From positions 640,001-704,000 of the forward strand of contig CBDCNQ010000004.1 of assembly GCA_965219445.1 (NCBI GenBank): a stretch of 64,000 nucleotides of DNA, written 5' to 3'. Under the pieces are notes generated by a model. It was not told where the DNA came from, ran no database searches, and saw only the letters and a program-made list of their open reading frames with translations. Positions 21,071-36,600 of this stretch are shown piece after piece. The position numbers and the translations under genes are program-made. Numbering within the stretch: position 1 is the first letter of the stretch; each line of letters starts with the position of its first letter. Source of the DNA: Longimicrobiales bacterium. Lineage in GTDB: Bacteria > Gemmatimonadota > Gemmatimonadetes > Longimicrobiales > Gaopeijiaceae.

Positions 21071-21379
21071 CTAATCGACCTTGATCTCGACGTCCACACC
21101 GGCCGGCAGATCAAGCTTGGTAAGCGCGTCAACGGTCTGCGATCGGCTATCTACGATGTCGATGAGGCGCTTGTGCGTTCTCAGTTCGAACTGCTCACGG
21201 CTTTTCTTATCGATGTGGGGCGAACGAAGCACCGTCCATCGTTCGCGCCGCGTCGGCAACGGAATCGGACCACGCACACTTGCGCCTGTCTTCTGTGCCG
21301 TCCGCACAATGTCAGCCGCAGTCTGGTCCACGATCCAATGGTCGAAGGCCTTCAGTCTGATCCGAATTCTGTCCGCCAT
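21071..21379 (-). CDS. rpsJ: 30S ribosomal protein S10
   Basis: [29 protein letters not shown]. Confidence 0.98.
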   Translation of the reverse strand: MADRIRIRLKAFDHWIVDQTAADIVRTAQKTGASVRGPIPLPTRRERWTVLRSPHIDKKSREQFELRTHKRLIDIVDSRSQTVDALTKLDLPAGVDVEIKVD

Positions 21380-21573
21380 ATTTCCCCCCATTGCGAGCCG
21401 CGTGGGCACCGCGTGCATCTTGCTAAGGCCCGCGATGGGCCTCGCGGGGCCAAACTGCGCCCCGTTCTTCGTATCATCTGCGCTTGACGGGCTGCTTCTG
21501 CCCGTCGGTACTGCTTCGTGCCGCCGCCCGCGCGCCCAACAGGGCGTCGCGACGGAGCCCCAACTATATGCAA

Positions 21574-21644
21574 GGATTCAGTTTTTTCTCTCTCTCCTTC
21601 GCTACTCTTCGCGACGCTGCGGGAGAGAGAGAAAAGCTGAATCC
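21574..21644 (-). terminator. Long hairpin immediately downstream of tuf (also at 41456-41526); function uncertain
   Basis: ggattcagttttttctctctctcc / gggagagagagaaaagctgaatcc arms; no clear U-tract follows on the minus strand. Confidence 0.45.
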
Positions 21645-21647
21645 GCC

Positions 21648-22838
<1,191 letters not shown>

Positions 22839-22878
22839 CGCTCCTTCCTCGTGACTCCTTGTCTGAAAAAAGGGGCCG

Positions 22879-24978
22879 TCAGCGACCACCGCCATTCGCA
22901 TTGATGATCTCTTCGGCCTTACTCTTCGGTACTTCCTCGTAGTGAGCGAACTGCATCGTATAAACAGCGCGACCCTGGCTCAGTGAGCGCAGGGTCGTCG
23001 CGTATCCAAACATTTCGCCCAGCGGAACGCTCGCCCCGATGACCTGGGCGTCGCCGCGGTCAGTCATCCCACCCACCTTACCACGACGGGCGGAAAGGTC
23101 GCCGATAATGTCCCCCATGTAGTCCAAGGGGGTTACCACCTCTACATCCATGACCGGCTCCAAGAGAACGGGAGCCGAGCGTTTCACTCCGTTCTTGATC
23201 GCTATGGATCCGGCGATCTTGAAGGCCATTTCGCTCGAGTCCACATCGTGGTGGGAGCCGTCGATCAACTCCACTTTCAGGTCAATGACCGGGTATCCCG
23301 CCAAAACCCCCGAGTCGAGGGCCTCTTTGATGCCCTGTTCGACTGAACTGATATATTCACGTGGGATCACACCGCCCTTGACTTGATCCTCGAACACGAA
23401 GCCGCCCCCGGACTCCAGCGGCTCTATGTTGATGACGACGTGGCCATATTGCCCGCGTCCCCCGGACTGCCTCACGAACTTGCCCTCTATCTTCTCTGAG
23501 CGGCTTCGGATCGTCTCCCGGTAGGACACCTGCGGACGCCCGACATTAGCCTCCACGCTGAACTCACGCCGAAGCCGGTCGACGATGATCTCGAGATGCA
23601 ACTCACCCATACCACTGATGATGGTCTGGCTCGTTTCCTCGTCCGTGTAGACGCGAAATGTCGGATCCTCATCGGCCAGCTTGACTAGCCCGCTGCTGAG
23701 TTTGTCCTGGTCGACCCGGGTTTTAGGTTCGATCGCTACCGAGATCACAGGCTCAGGGAACTTCATGGCCTCAAGAATGATCGGGTGGTCCGGATGGCAG
23801 ATCGTGTCACCCGTCTTGACGTTCTTGAGACCGATGACCGCAGCGATGTCGCCCGCGAAGACCTCGTCCCGCTCCTCCCGCTTGTTGGCATGCATCTGGA
23901 GCAACCGTCCCACGCGCTCCTTACGGTCCTTCGTCGCGTTGAGAACGTAGCTGCCCGCCGGGAGAGACCCCGAATACACCCGTACATACGTCAGCTTCCC
24001 GACGAACGGGTCGGTCATGATCTTGAACGCCAGCGCGCTGAAGGGCTCGTCATCGGACGCCTCTCTGGCAACCTGTGTTTCGTCGTGCTGCGGCAAGTGG
24101 CCCTGGATCGCGGCAACGTCCAACGGTGAGGGGAGGTAGTCGATGACCCCGTCTAGGAGCGCCTGCACCCCCTTGTTCTTGAAGGCCGAGCCACAGAAGA
24201 CCGGGAACAGCTTGCCGGAAATCGTCGCGCTGCGGATCGCCTGCGTGAGCTCCTCTTCGGTGAGCTCTTCTCCACCCAGGTACTTCTCGAGCAACGTGTC
24301 GTCGTGCTCGACAGCGGCCTCCATGATGTCGTGCCGCAACTCGGCGATCTTCTCGACGAGCGAGTCCGGCACCTCACCCTCCTCCACTTTTGAATCGAGC
24401 TCTTCTTGATAGTGGAGTGCCTTTCGGCGTACGACGTCGATAATACCCGTAAAAAGTTCGCCCTCGCCGAGCGGGTACTGCACGGGGAAGGCGTTGGCTC
24501 CAAGTCTGTCTCGCATCATGCCAACAACGTGTTCGAAGTCGGCACCGACTCGGTCCATCTTGTTGACCAGCGCGATGCGCGGGACGCTGTAGCGATCGGC
24601 CTGGCGCCAAACCGTCTCCGACTGGGGCTCGACCCCGCCCACGGCACAGAACACGGCCACGGCGCCATCGAGTACGCGCAGAGACCGCTCGACCTCAGCA
24701 GTGAAATCGACGTGTCCCGGTGTATCGATGATGTTGATACGGTATTCGGTTTCGTGGCGCTCCCAATGACAGGTCGTGGCGGCAGACGTAATCGTGATCC
24801 CCCGCTCCTGTTCCTGCTCCATCCAGTCCATGGCGGCCGCGCCCTCGTGGACCTCGCCGACCCGGTGGAGCCGGCCCGTATAGTAGAGCACCCTTTCCGT
24901 CGTCGTCGTCTTACCGGCGTCGATGTGCGCCATGATCCCGATATTGCGCAGGTGCTTGAGTGGAGTTCGTCTGGGCAT
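22879..24978 (-). CDS. fusA: Elongation factor G
   Basis: [23 protein letters not shown]. Confidence 0.99.
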   Translation of the reverse strand: MPRRTPLKHLRNIGIMAHIDAGKTTTTERVLYYTGRLHRVGEVHEGAAAMDWMEQEQERGITITSAATTCHWERHETEYRINIIDTPGHVDFTAEVERSLRVLDGAVAVFCAVGGVEPQSETVWRQADRYSVPRIALVNKMDRVGADFEHVVGMMRDRLGANAFPVQYPLGEGELFTGIIDVVRRKALHYQEELDSKVEEGEVPDSLVEKIAELRHDIMEAAVEHDDTLLEKYLGGEELTEEELTQAIRSATISGKLFPVFCGSAFKNKGVQALLDGVIDYLPSPLDVAAIQGHLPQHDETQVAREASDDEPFSALAFKIMTDPFVGKLTYVRVYSGSLPAGSYVLNATKDRKERVGRLLQMHANKREERDEVFAGDIAAVIGLKNVKTGDTICHPDHPIILEAMKFPEPVISVAIEPKTRVDQDKLSSGLVKLADEDPTFRVYTDEETSQTIISGMGELHLEIIVDRLRREFSVEANVGRPQVSYRETIRSRSEKIEGKFVRQSGGRGQYGHVVINIEPLESGGGFVFEDQVKGGVIPREYISSVEQGIKEALDSGVLAGYPVIDLKVELIDGSHHDVDSSEMAFKIAGSIAIKNGVKRSAPVLLEPVMDVEVVTPLDYMGDIIGDLSARRGKVGGMTDRGDAQVIGASVPLGEMFGYATTLRSLSQGRAVYTMQFAHYEEVPKSKAEEIINANGGGR

Positions 24979-25199
24979 CTATGATCTCGATTGGGTTCGT
25001 TTCTTCTCGGTCTTAAAAAACTCGTCAGTCCAAAAAAAACGCACGAACGGTTCAAAGCAGGAAGCGCGATCTCCCCTAACTGCCGTATTCGATACCGCCG
25101 GCAGCCTCCGCGCTTCGTGCCTCGACGCTCATGCGCGAGACAGCGAGTTGGGTCCCCTCGACCGCAGCTACAGGCGGTCAGGACCCGAGCAGATTTTGA

Positions 25200-25670
25200 C
25201 TACCAGCGATAGTGGGCGAACGCCTTGTTCGCCTCCGCCATCCGATGCGTGTCGTCCTTTTTCTTGATTGTCGCTCCCTCTCCCCTGGCTGCGGCCAGGA
25301 ATTCAAACGCGAGACGCTCGGCCATCGTCTTCTCGCTTCGACTGCGAGCAAAACCAATCAACCAACGGCTCGCCAACGCGGCCCGACGTTCCGGTCGGAC
25401 CTCAATAGGAACCTGATATGTGGCACCGCCAACCCTGCGACTCTTGACCTCGAGCGCGGGCTTGGCATTCGTCAGCGCCTGCGTGAAAACGTTCAAGCCG
25501 GGCTGCCCCGAGCGCTCCTCACATAGGGTCAGGGCCCCGTAAAAGATCTTCTCTGCCAGAGATTTTTTCCCATCGACCATGAGATTGTTGATGAACTTCG
25601 TGACCTCGGTCGATCCGTATCTCGGATCCGGAATGAGCTCCCTGCGAACTGCTCTTGAACGACGGCTCAT
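25200..25670 (-). CDS. rpsG: 30S ribosomal protein S7
   Basis: [24 protein letters not shown]. Confidence 0.98.
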   Translation of the reverse strand: MSRRSRAVRRELIPDPRYGSTEVTKFINNLMVDGKKSLAEKIFYGALTLCEERSGQPGLNVFTQALTNAKPALEVKSRRVGGATYQVPIEVRPERRAALASRWLIGFARSRSEKTMAERLAFEFLAAARGEGATIKKKDDTHRMAEANKAFAHYRW

Positions 25671-25680
25671 CCTGGATCCT

Positions 25681-26052
25681 CTATCTAGGCCGCTTTGCGC
25701 CGTATTTCGACCGTCCCTGCCGACGATCACTCACGCCCGAGGCGTCCAACGTTCCCCTCACGATGTGGTACCGCACACCAGGCAGGTCCTTCACTCGCCC
25801 GCCCCGCATGAGCACGATGGAGTGCTCCTGGAGATTGTGTCCCTCTCCGGGGATGTATGACGTCACCTCGTACCCGTTCGTCAGACGTACCCGAGCCACC
25901 TTCCTCAGCGCCGAGTTCGGCTTCTTCGGAGTGGTCGTATACACCCGTGTACAGACGCCCCTTTTTTGGGGGCTCTTCTGCAACGCAGGGGACTTGTTCT
26001 TCTTCTGAAGCTCGCGACGTCCCTTGCGAACGAGTTGGTTGATGGTAGGCAT
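25681..26052 (-). CDS. rpsL: 30S ribosomal protein S12
   Basis: [23 protein letters not shown]. Confidence 0.99.
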   Translation of the reverse strand: MPTINQLVRKGRRELQKKNKSPALQKSPQKRGVCTRVYTTTPKKPNSALRKVARVRLTNGYEVTSYIPGEGHNLQEHSIVLMRGGRVKDLPGVRYHIVRGTLDASGVSDRRQGRSKYGAKRPR

Positions 26053-26259
26053 ACGAGCCTGGGTTCAATGATCAAAGAAAAGCGCCACTCAGCGCGAATT
26101 CGACCGGAGCCGCCGGCACTTCAGGCAACTCCACTGGATAGCCAGAAAAATTTAAAAGAGGGCTATCGGGGTGTCAACGGGCCTCGACACCCCGAAATCG
26201 GCGCAGGATGGAGGATTCCGAGGGGTCGGGTGATGATCGGGCAGAGCCGCGATTCCTCG

Positions 26260-27443
26260 TCATGCCTTCGGCCTTCCCACTCCTTGATTCCCTACTTCCT
26301 TTTTTCCCCCGCCTGTCGCTACCGGAGCTGTTCCCGACCCCCCCACTGGACTGAAGGATCTTTGTCGGATCAGCATCGGCACCTGTGTGATGAAGTGAGC
26401 CGTTCGCAAGACACATTCCCACAGCTGAAACGGCCACCTAGGCAGTTCGTTGAACGGCCCCCCGACCCGTGCGGTCGCCTGGATCGGATTAGGCCAACGG
26501 AGGCGAAGCGCTCTCAGCAGATGGGCGGGGTGCCGGAAGGAGTACGCCATCGACGGACTATCCAAGATATAATGCTACTTTGTCGACCACTGGCTGAGCA
26601 CCGAGGGAAGGAGCCATCGGGGCACGTGTCTGTCCCTCTCCTCCGCTGGAATGCCGTCCAAACGGGCACCGAGAAGCTGGTGCGCCAGACACACGGTGGA
26701 TGCCACCCAACCCGCCCGCCGCCGATCTCCCTGCAGTAGATACCTCCAGTCAAAGTCCACGCGCAGTGATTCCAGCACGACGGCGACGTCGCATAACCAC
26801 AGGGCACGGTGCAAGCCGTGGCACAACATGTGGATGCACATGTACCGGAGATGATCCTCGGGCCCCAGTATCCGCACGTCGATGTCACCCAGCGGTACGA
26901 GCTGGGAACGCCCGTAGACATCGTCCAGCGAAGGGCGGTGGAGCTGCGCCAGACCCTTGTGCAAATCGACTGCGACCGGCTCGGCCGTCGGAGCGGCAAG
27001 CGCAGCCACCGCGGCCGTATGCTGTTCCGGCCGAACACAGAGGTCGATGTCTCCATGGGGTCGCAGCCCACGTTCCGGATAAAGGCGAGCGACTGCCCAG
27101 CCCTTGACCAGCAGCGGCTCCACACCCGCCGACCGAAGCCGCGTGATCGCCTGGACGATCTGGTGCTCCGCTCGGGCATTCTGAAGAGTATAGTGGCGGT
27201 ACGCCTGCCGAAGTTCGTGGGCAGCGGCCGACGTGCGTAGCTCGGACGATCGCACCCGCCACCATCCCAGGCTTGCCGCTCCCGTGCCGAGCAGCAGCGG
27301 TGTGACCTCATTGAGGGCGGCGGGCGAGAGAGACTGGGGTGGGGGGGGGGAGCACGCCAGGCCTGGTTGAGGACTGAGGCTATCAGCTTACCGCGTCGTC
27401 GGGGGTCGGTGTCAGTGCGCGGATCGGGAGGCGACGATCTCAA
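26260..27443 (-). pseudogene. Nucleotidyltransferase (NTP_transf_5-like, pol-beta superfamily), disrupted by a frameshift and an in-frame TAG
   Basis: Motif LLVKGWAVARLYPERGLRPHGDIDLCV, then VDLH and LWLCDV. The N-terminus (27443) changes frame at the G10 tract 27341-27350. TAG at 26575-26577 is followed in frame by ORF 26260..26565. Confidence 0.8.
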
Positions 27444-27467
27444 TACACCTATTTCACCACCCCAAGC

Positions 27468-28001
27468 TCAACAACCACATTGTTGTCTCGCCTGACCGGC
27501 AGGCAAACACGCACCGTTGCAGCATTCTCTGTTGCAATTGGTGCCGGTCGTGCATGGGTTGCAATTCGGAACGCCGCTACAATTCGTAACGCACGAGCCT
27601 TGTGCCGCCGCAAGTGGCGCCACGACCGACTCGATCACCGGCAGGAGGAGCGAGATCCCCGCTGCGCGTCCCAGGGTTCGTAGCATTTTCCGCCGCGAGT
27701 ATTGGGCGCTATCTGCCGGCAGTGTCACCGGGTCACTCAGCAAGTGTGCCCGGCTCAAGCGGTCCAGCGCCATCCACACGACCGCCTCGTCTGGCGGGGT
27801 TGCTGAATTCTCCCCCAAGAGCGCAGCCACCTCGGCCACGCTCGTTTGTCCATCGCAGCGCCGCCAGACCAGAGCGGCCGTGCGATTCAGGCAACGGGCC
27901 TTGTGGCGCTCCAGGTCGTAGACCAGGGTTTCGTCCTGAAGCTCCTCGACAATAAGCTTGTCTTGCCTCGCCCGGGGCATTACCGCTGTTGTCGTTTCCA
28001 T
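27468..28001 (-). CDS. PqqD/RRE-domain protein fused to a Tat-like leader and Cys-rich core (putative RiPP precursor fusion)
   Basis: RRE-like ETLVYDLERHKARCLNRTAALVWRRCDGQTSVAEVAALL...LDRLSRAHLL; leader SRRKMLRTLG...LPVIESVVAPLAAAQGS; 41-aa tail with 10 Cys. Confidence 0.8.
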   Translation of the reverse strand: METTTAVMPRARQDKLIVEELQDETLVYDLERHKARCLNRTAALVWRRCDGQTSVAEVAALLGENSATPPDEAVVWMALDRLSRAHLLSDPVTLPADSAQYSRRKMLRTLGRAAGISLLLPVIESVVAPLAAAQGSCVTNCSGVPNCNPCTTGTNCNRECCNGACLPAGQARQQCGC

Positions 28002-28051
28002 AGGTATCTCATTCCAAGTCGATGCGCGTGTGAACACTACAAACGTTCACC

Positions 28052-28095
28052 ATTCATGCATGGCACACAAGATTCATGCGTGGCACACATGCCAA
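28052..28095. promoter_or_regulatory. Candidate operator: 18-bp direct repeat with 20-bp period plus a small palindrome, upstream of the RRE-peptide gene
   Basis: attcatgcatggcacaca (28052-28069) and attcatgcgtggcacaca (28072-28089); tggca-caca-tgcca. Confidence 0.45.
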
Positions 28096-28135
28096 AAGTA
28101 GTCCCGAGCCAGCCTTTTCAGGAACCTCGGCCCGC

Positions 28136-28960
28136 CTATTCCGCTAACCGGTCCAGAATTGCTTCGGCGACTTCTTCGGCTTCACCACGGGCCCCCTTTA
28201 GCAGCATCGGCTCGGCCGTGGCGGAACGCAGCGTCGCGAGGGCCCGCTCCGGATCACGTCTGGCAGAGACGGTGTGGGCAAAAAGTTCCAACACCGCCCG
28301 CCCAGGCGAAAGCGTGCGCGGTCGCCAGCGAACACCGGGCCGGTAACTGGTCACGACGACCAAGCCCAACGGAAGCGGTCGGACACCGGTTGTACCGCCC
28401 AAATCTTCCGGGAGGATCTTCTTCGCGGGTCTACCCCCGTCCTGCCGCATCGCCAAAGGCCTCGGATAGGGATGCACCCGACCCCGCTCATCCAAAACGG
28501 CATACTCATCGGAATAATACGTCGCACCGGCCCTTAACAGGGCCCTGACCAGGGTTGACTTGCCGCTCATACTACTCCCCGGGATGACGATTGCCCTGCC
28601 ACGCCAGCCCACGACGCAGGCATGGACAAACACCCTTCGGCGGGCATAGTCTGCGACGTATAGCTGCATGTCCCTTTCGAGGGCTTCAAGTACCGGGTCC
28701 GTGTCCTTCGATCGTGCCAGCCGCACCGTGTCCCCATACAAAATATTGAAGCGGCGAACGTTCGAGCCGACCTTGGTTCCGCTTACGATCAGCGAATACA
28801 GACGTCCCACGCGGGGCCCGCGAGCCGGCTTGGCACCCGGTGGAAGCACGGATGCAATCCGATCCATGATCTCCGGGCTACTCGCCCGGATCCCAATGCG
28901 TAGCCCATAGGAGACGAACGAGATCCCTGCCGCCCACCCGAGGCGGTCGATTTTCTCCAT
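28136..28960 (-). CDS. HPr kinase-related P-loop kinase
   Basis: FVHACVVGWRGRAIVIPGSSMSGKSTLVRALLRAGATYYSDEYAVLD: His, Walker A and SDE signature of HprK-like kinases. Confidence 0.85.
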   Translation of the reverse strand: MEKIDRLGWAAGISFVSYGLRIGIRASSPEIMDRIASVLPPGAKPARGPRVGRLYSLIVSGTKVGSNVRRFNILYGDTVRLARSKDTDPVLEALERDMQLYVADYARRRVFVHACVVGWRGRAIVIPGSSMSGKSTLVRALLRAGATYYSDEYAVLDERGRVHPYPRPLAMRQDGGRPAKKILPEDLGGTTGVRPLPLGLVVVTSYRPGVRWRPRTLSPGRAVLELFAHTVSARRDPERALATLRSATAEPMLLKGARGEAEEVAEAILDRLAE

Positions 28961-29152
28961 TCAGGTGGATCCCGGCACTAACACCATCTCGTCGACGTCG
29001 CACGCCTGCATTGGAGATCCTGCACGCTGTTTCAGTGCCAGAACGTCGCTCATGGGGCTGCCTGAGGAGGAGTCGGGCGGTCAGATCTCATGCACAAAGG
29101 TAAGATCCCGAGCCAAGAACAGGGAGATTTACGTGACCCGCAACGCACTCGA

Positions 29153-29388
29153 AGCCTCGCGCCCACGCCCTCCCCCCCAACATAGTTGAGGTGAGCGTCG
29201 TCGCGGCCCCGCAGAGACGGTCCGCGGCGAAGCCGTGGAGCGAGCGTCGATCCCCCCGCGCGCGTAGCCTCACGCAAACGCCCCCCCCAACATGATTGAG
29301 GAGAGCGTCGTCAGGGTCCCGTGGCGACGATCCGCGGCGAAGCCGTGGAGCGAAGCGCCGGCGCAACGGGACCCTGACGACGCTCTCC
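29153..29388. repeat. Two degenerate ~110-bp tandem units; the second contains a perfect 23-bp inverted repeat (REP-like element)
   Basis: Shared core ccccaacat..ttgagg.gagcgtcgtc...tccgcggcgaagccgtggagcga at offset 110; arms 29300-29322 and 29366-29388 are exact reverse complements. Confidence 0.85.
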
Positions 29389-29394
29389 TACCAC

Positions 29395-33693
<4,299 letters not shown>

Positions 33694-33697
33694 GGAT

Positions 33698-36600
33698 CTA
33701 TTCCTCCCGCCCGAGCGTGACGCTCAAGCCAAGCGCCTGGAGCTCTTTGACAAGCACGTTGAATGACTCCGGTATTCCTGGTTGCGGGAGGTTGTCTCCC
33801 TTCACGATGGCCTCGTATACCTTCGAGCGGCCCGTGACGTCGTCCGACTTCACCGTGAGAATCTCCTGCAGAGTGTGCGCGGCACCATACGCCTCGAGCG
33901 CCCACACCTCCATTTCCCCGAATCGCTGCCCGCCGAACTGTGCCTTACCGGCAAGGGGCTGCTGGGTAACCAGGGAGTAGGGGCCGATGCTCCGAGCGTG
34001 GATCTTGTCGTCCACCAGATGGCTGAGCTTCAGCATATAGATGATGCCCACCGTGACCGGAAAGTCGAACTGACGCCCACTGCGTCCGTCACGAAGCATG
34101 ATCTTCCCGTTGGGCAGGATTTTCGCGGCGTCCATGATCTCCAGCGAAGCTGCATCCAAGCCCTCGTCCAGCCTTCTCTTTCGAGAGAGGTGGGCGATGG
34201 CGGGGAAAGCCTCCGCGAGGGCCGTCTCTTGCCGTTCGGCCAGTTCCTTTCCTGCCTCGATCAGGTAGTCCTTCAAGCTGTCGAAAAATCCCGCCTGGGC
34301 TTTCGTGAGCTTGAGGGCCAGGTAAGCGTCGACCGTTCGTCCGATGCCGACCCTCCGTGGGTCAATGCCGTTCCCGTTTCCGTTCCGGGCATGCGTTGCC
34401 TCTCGCTGCGGTAGATCGTGCGCCAGGTCGATCAGCCCGGTTGTCGATTCCGCGTCGAATGAGGGCATCTCGGCCTGGATGCCGAGGCTCTGATGCGCCC
34501 AACGAAGGCCGGCGAGCTTGAGGAGAAGACCAACTTCATCCTCCGAGCCACCGTGGAACACCGGACTCTTCGCTTCAAAACCAAGTACCCGCCCCGCCCA
34601 TCCGAGATGGGTCTCAAGAACCTGTCCCACATTCATTCGAGAAGGCACGCCAAGCGGATTCAGCACGATCTCGACAGGGGTGCCGTCCGGGAGGAACGGC
34701 ATGTCCTCTTCCGGCGCGATCCGGGCGATGATTCCCTTGTTTCCATGCCGACCAGCCATCTTGTCGCCCACGGAGATCTTCCGCTTCTCGGCGATATAGA
34801 CCTTCGCGAGCTGAACCACACCCGGCGGAAGCTCGTCTGGCTGGAACACCTTGTCGATTGACTCCTCCGTCTTCCGCTTGACCCGCTCGATGCGGCGCTC
34901 GGCCTCGTCCACCACCCGGCGGATTTTCACGTTCGCGTCTTTGCTCTTCACCTTGAGCGTGCTCAGGTCGAGTCGGGAGAAGTCCAGAGCGGCGACCGAA
35001 TCCTGAGTGAGCTTCGTACCCTCCTCGACGAGCGGCTCCACCGTCCCCTTCCTGAGGGCCAGCGCCACCGTATTGAGGTGCAAAGTCTCTCGTAGCTCGT
35101 CATCCCTGGCCATCGTGACGCGCTGGATCTCGTCGCGCTCCAGTTGCCGGAGTTCTCCAATGCGGGCACCGTGTTCCTTCTCCAGAAGGGGATCATCAAT
35201 TCGGCGCGAGAAGATCTTCACGTCGATGACGGTGCCGCTCATTCCCGGGGGGACCCGCAATGAGGAATCCTTCACGTCCTTGGCTTTCTCTCCGAAGATG
35301 GCGGTAAGCAATTTTTCTTCGGGGGAGAGCTCGGTCTCGCCCTTCGGCGTGATTTTACCGACCAGAATATCACCACTTGTGAGGCGTGCGCCCTCTCGCA
35401 CGATCCCGCGCTCGTCCAGGTCGACGAGGCTCTCCTCCGCCACGTTCGGGATCTCGCGTGTGATCTCCTCCATCCCCCGCTTTGTGTCCCGCACATGAAG
35501 CTCGAGCTCCTGAATATGAATGGACGCAAACACGTCCTCCTTAACGAGCTTCTCACTGATGACGATGGCGTCCTCGTAGTTGTATCCGTACCACGGCATG
35601 AACGCCACGAGGACGTTACGGCCGAGGGCGAGCTCACCGTTGTCGGTGGAAGGTCCATCAGCGATGATGTCTCCCGGATTGATCTGCTGGTCGTCCGAGA
35701 CCAATGGCCTCTGATTGATCGCCGTGTCCTGGTTGGTCCGCCAGTACTTCTTCAACCGATAGCGGTCGTACTGAGCGAGCTTCGCGAGAGGTTGCTCGGT
35801 CTGTCCGGACCCAATGGTTCCGGTATCGACGATGACTTCATCAGCGGTCACTCGGACGATCTTGCCACCCCGGCGCGCCGTGATTACAGCCCCGGAGTCC
35901 CTAGCCACTTTGAACTCGAGGCCCGTCCCCACGAGCGGGGCATCGGGGAACAGGAGCGGGACCGCCTGCCTCTGCATGTTCGAGCCCATGAGCGCGCGGT
36001 TCGCGTCATCGTGTTCGAGGAACGGGATCAACGCCGCCGCCACCGATACGAGCTGGTCCGGCGCCACGTCCATGTAGTCGATGTCGTCCGGCCCGAGTAG
36101 CGGGAAATCACCACGCTCCCGACACAGGACGAACTCGTTTACGAAGTTCCCGTTTCGGTCCAACGGAGCATTGGCCTGAGCGATCCGGACCTCTTCCTCT
36201 TCGTTGGCCGAAAGCCAATCGATCTTGTTCGTGACTTTCTTGTTTACCACCCGCCGGTACGGGGTCTCTACGAAGCCGAGTTCGTTGATTCGGCTGTACG
36301 TCGTGAGTGACGTGATGAGGCCGATGTTCGGGCCCTCCGGCGTCTCGATCGGACACATCCGCCCGTAATGCGAGTAGTGTACGTCCCTCACCTCGAACCC
36401 GGCGCGCTCCCGTGTCAGACCGCCCGGACCCAAGGCGGAAAGACGTCTCTTGTGCGTCAGCTCGGCCAGCGGGTTCGTCTGGTCCATGAACTGGCTGAGC
36501 TGGGACGAACCGAAAAATGCCTGGATGACCGCCGACACGGTACGGGCATTCACGAGATCGTCGATGTTGATCTTCTCGGGGTCCGTGTTGATCGACATGC

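Noticed and set aside
26514..27443. The 309-aa ORF as a real protein
   Set aside because: Only about the first 31 codons look genuine; after the C10 tract it is the wrong frame of the nucleotidyltransferase.
28061..28096. Sigma-54 promoter at the TGGCAC motifs
   Set aside because: No GC at the required -12 spacing on either strand.
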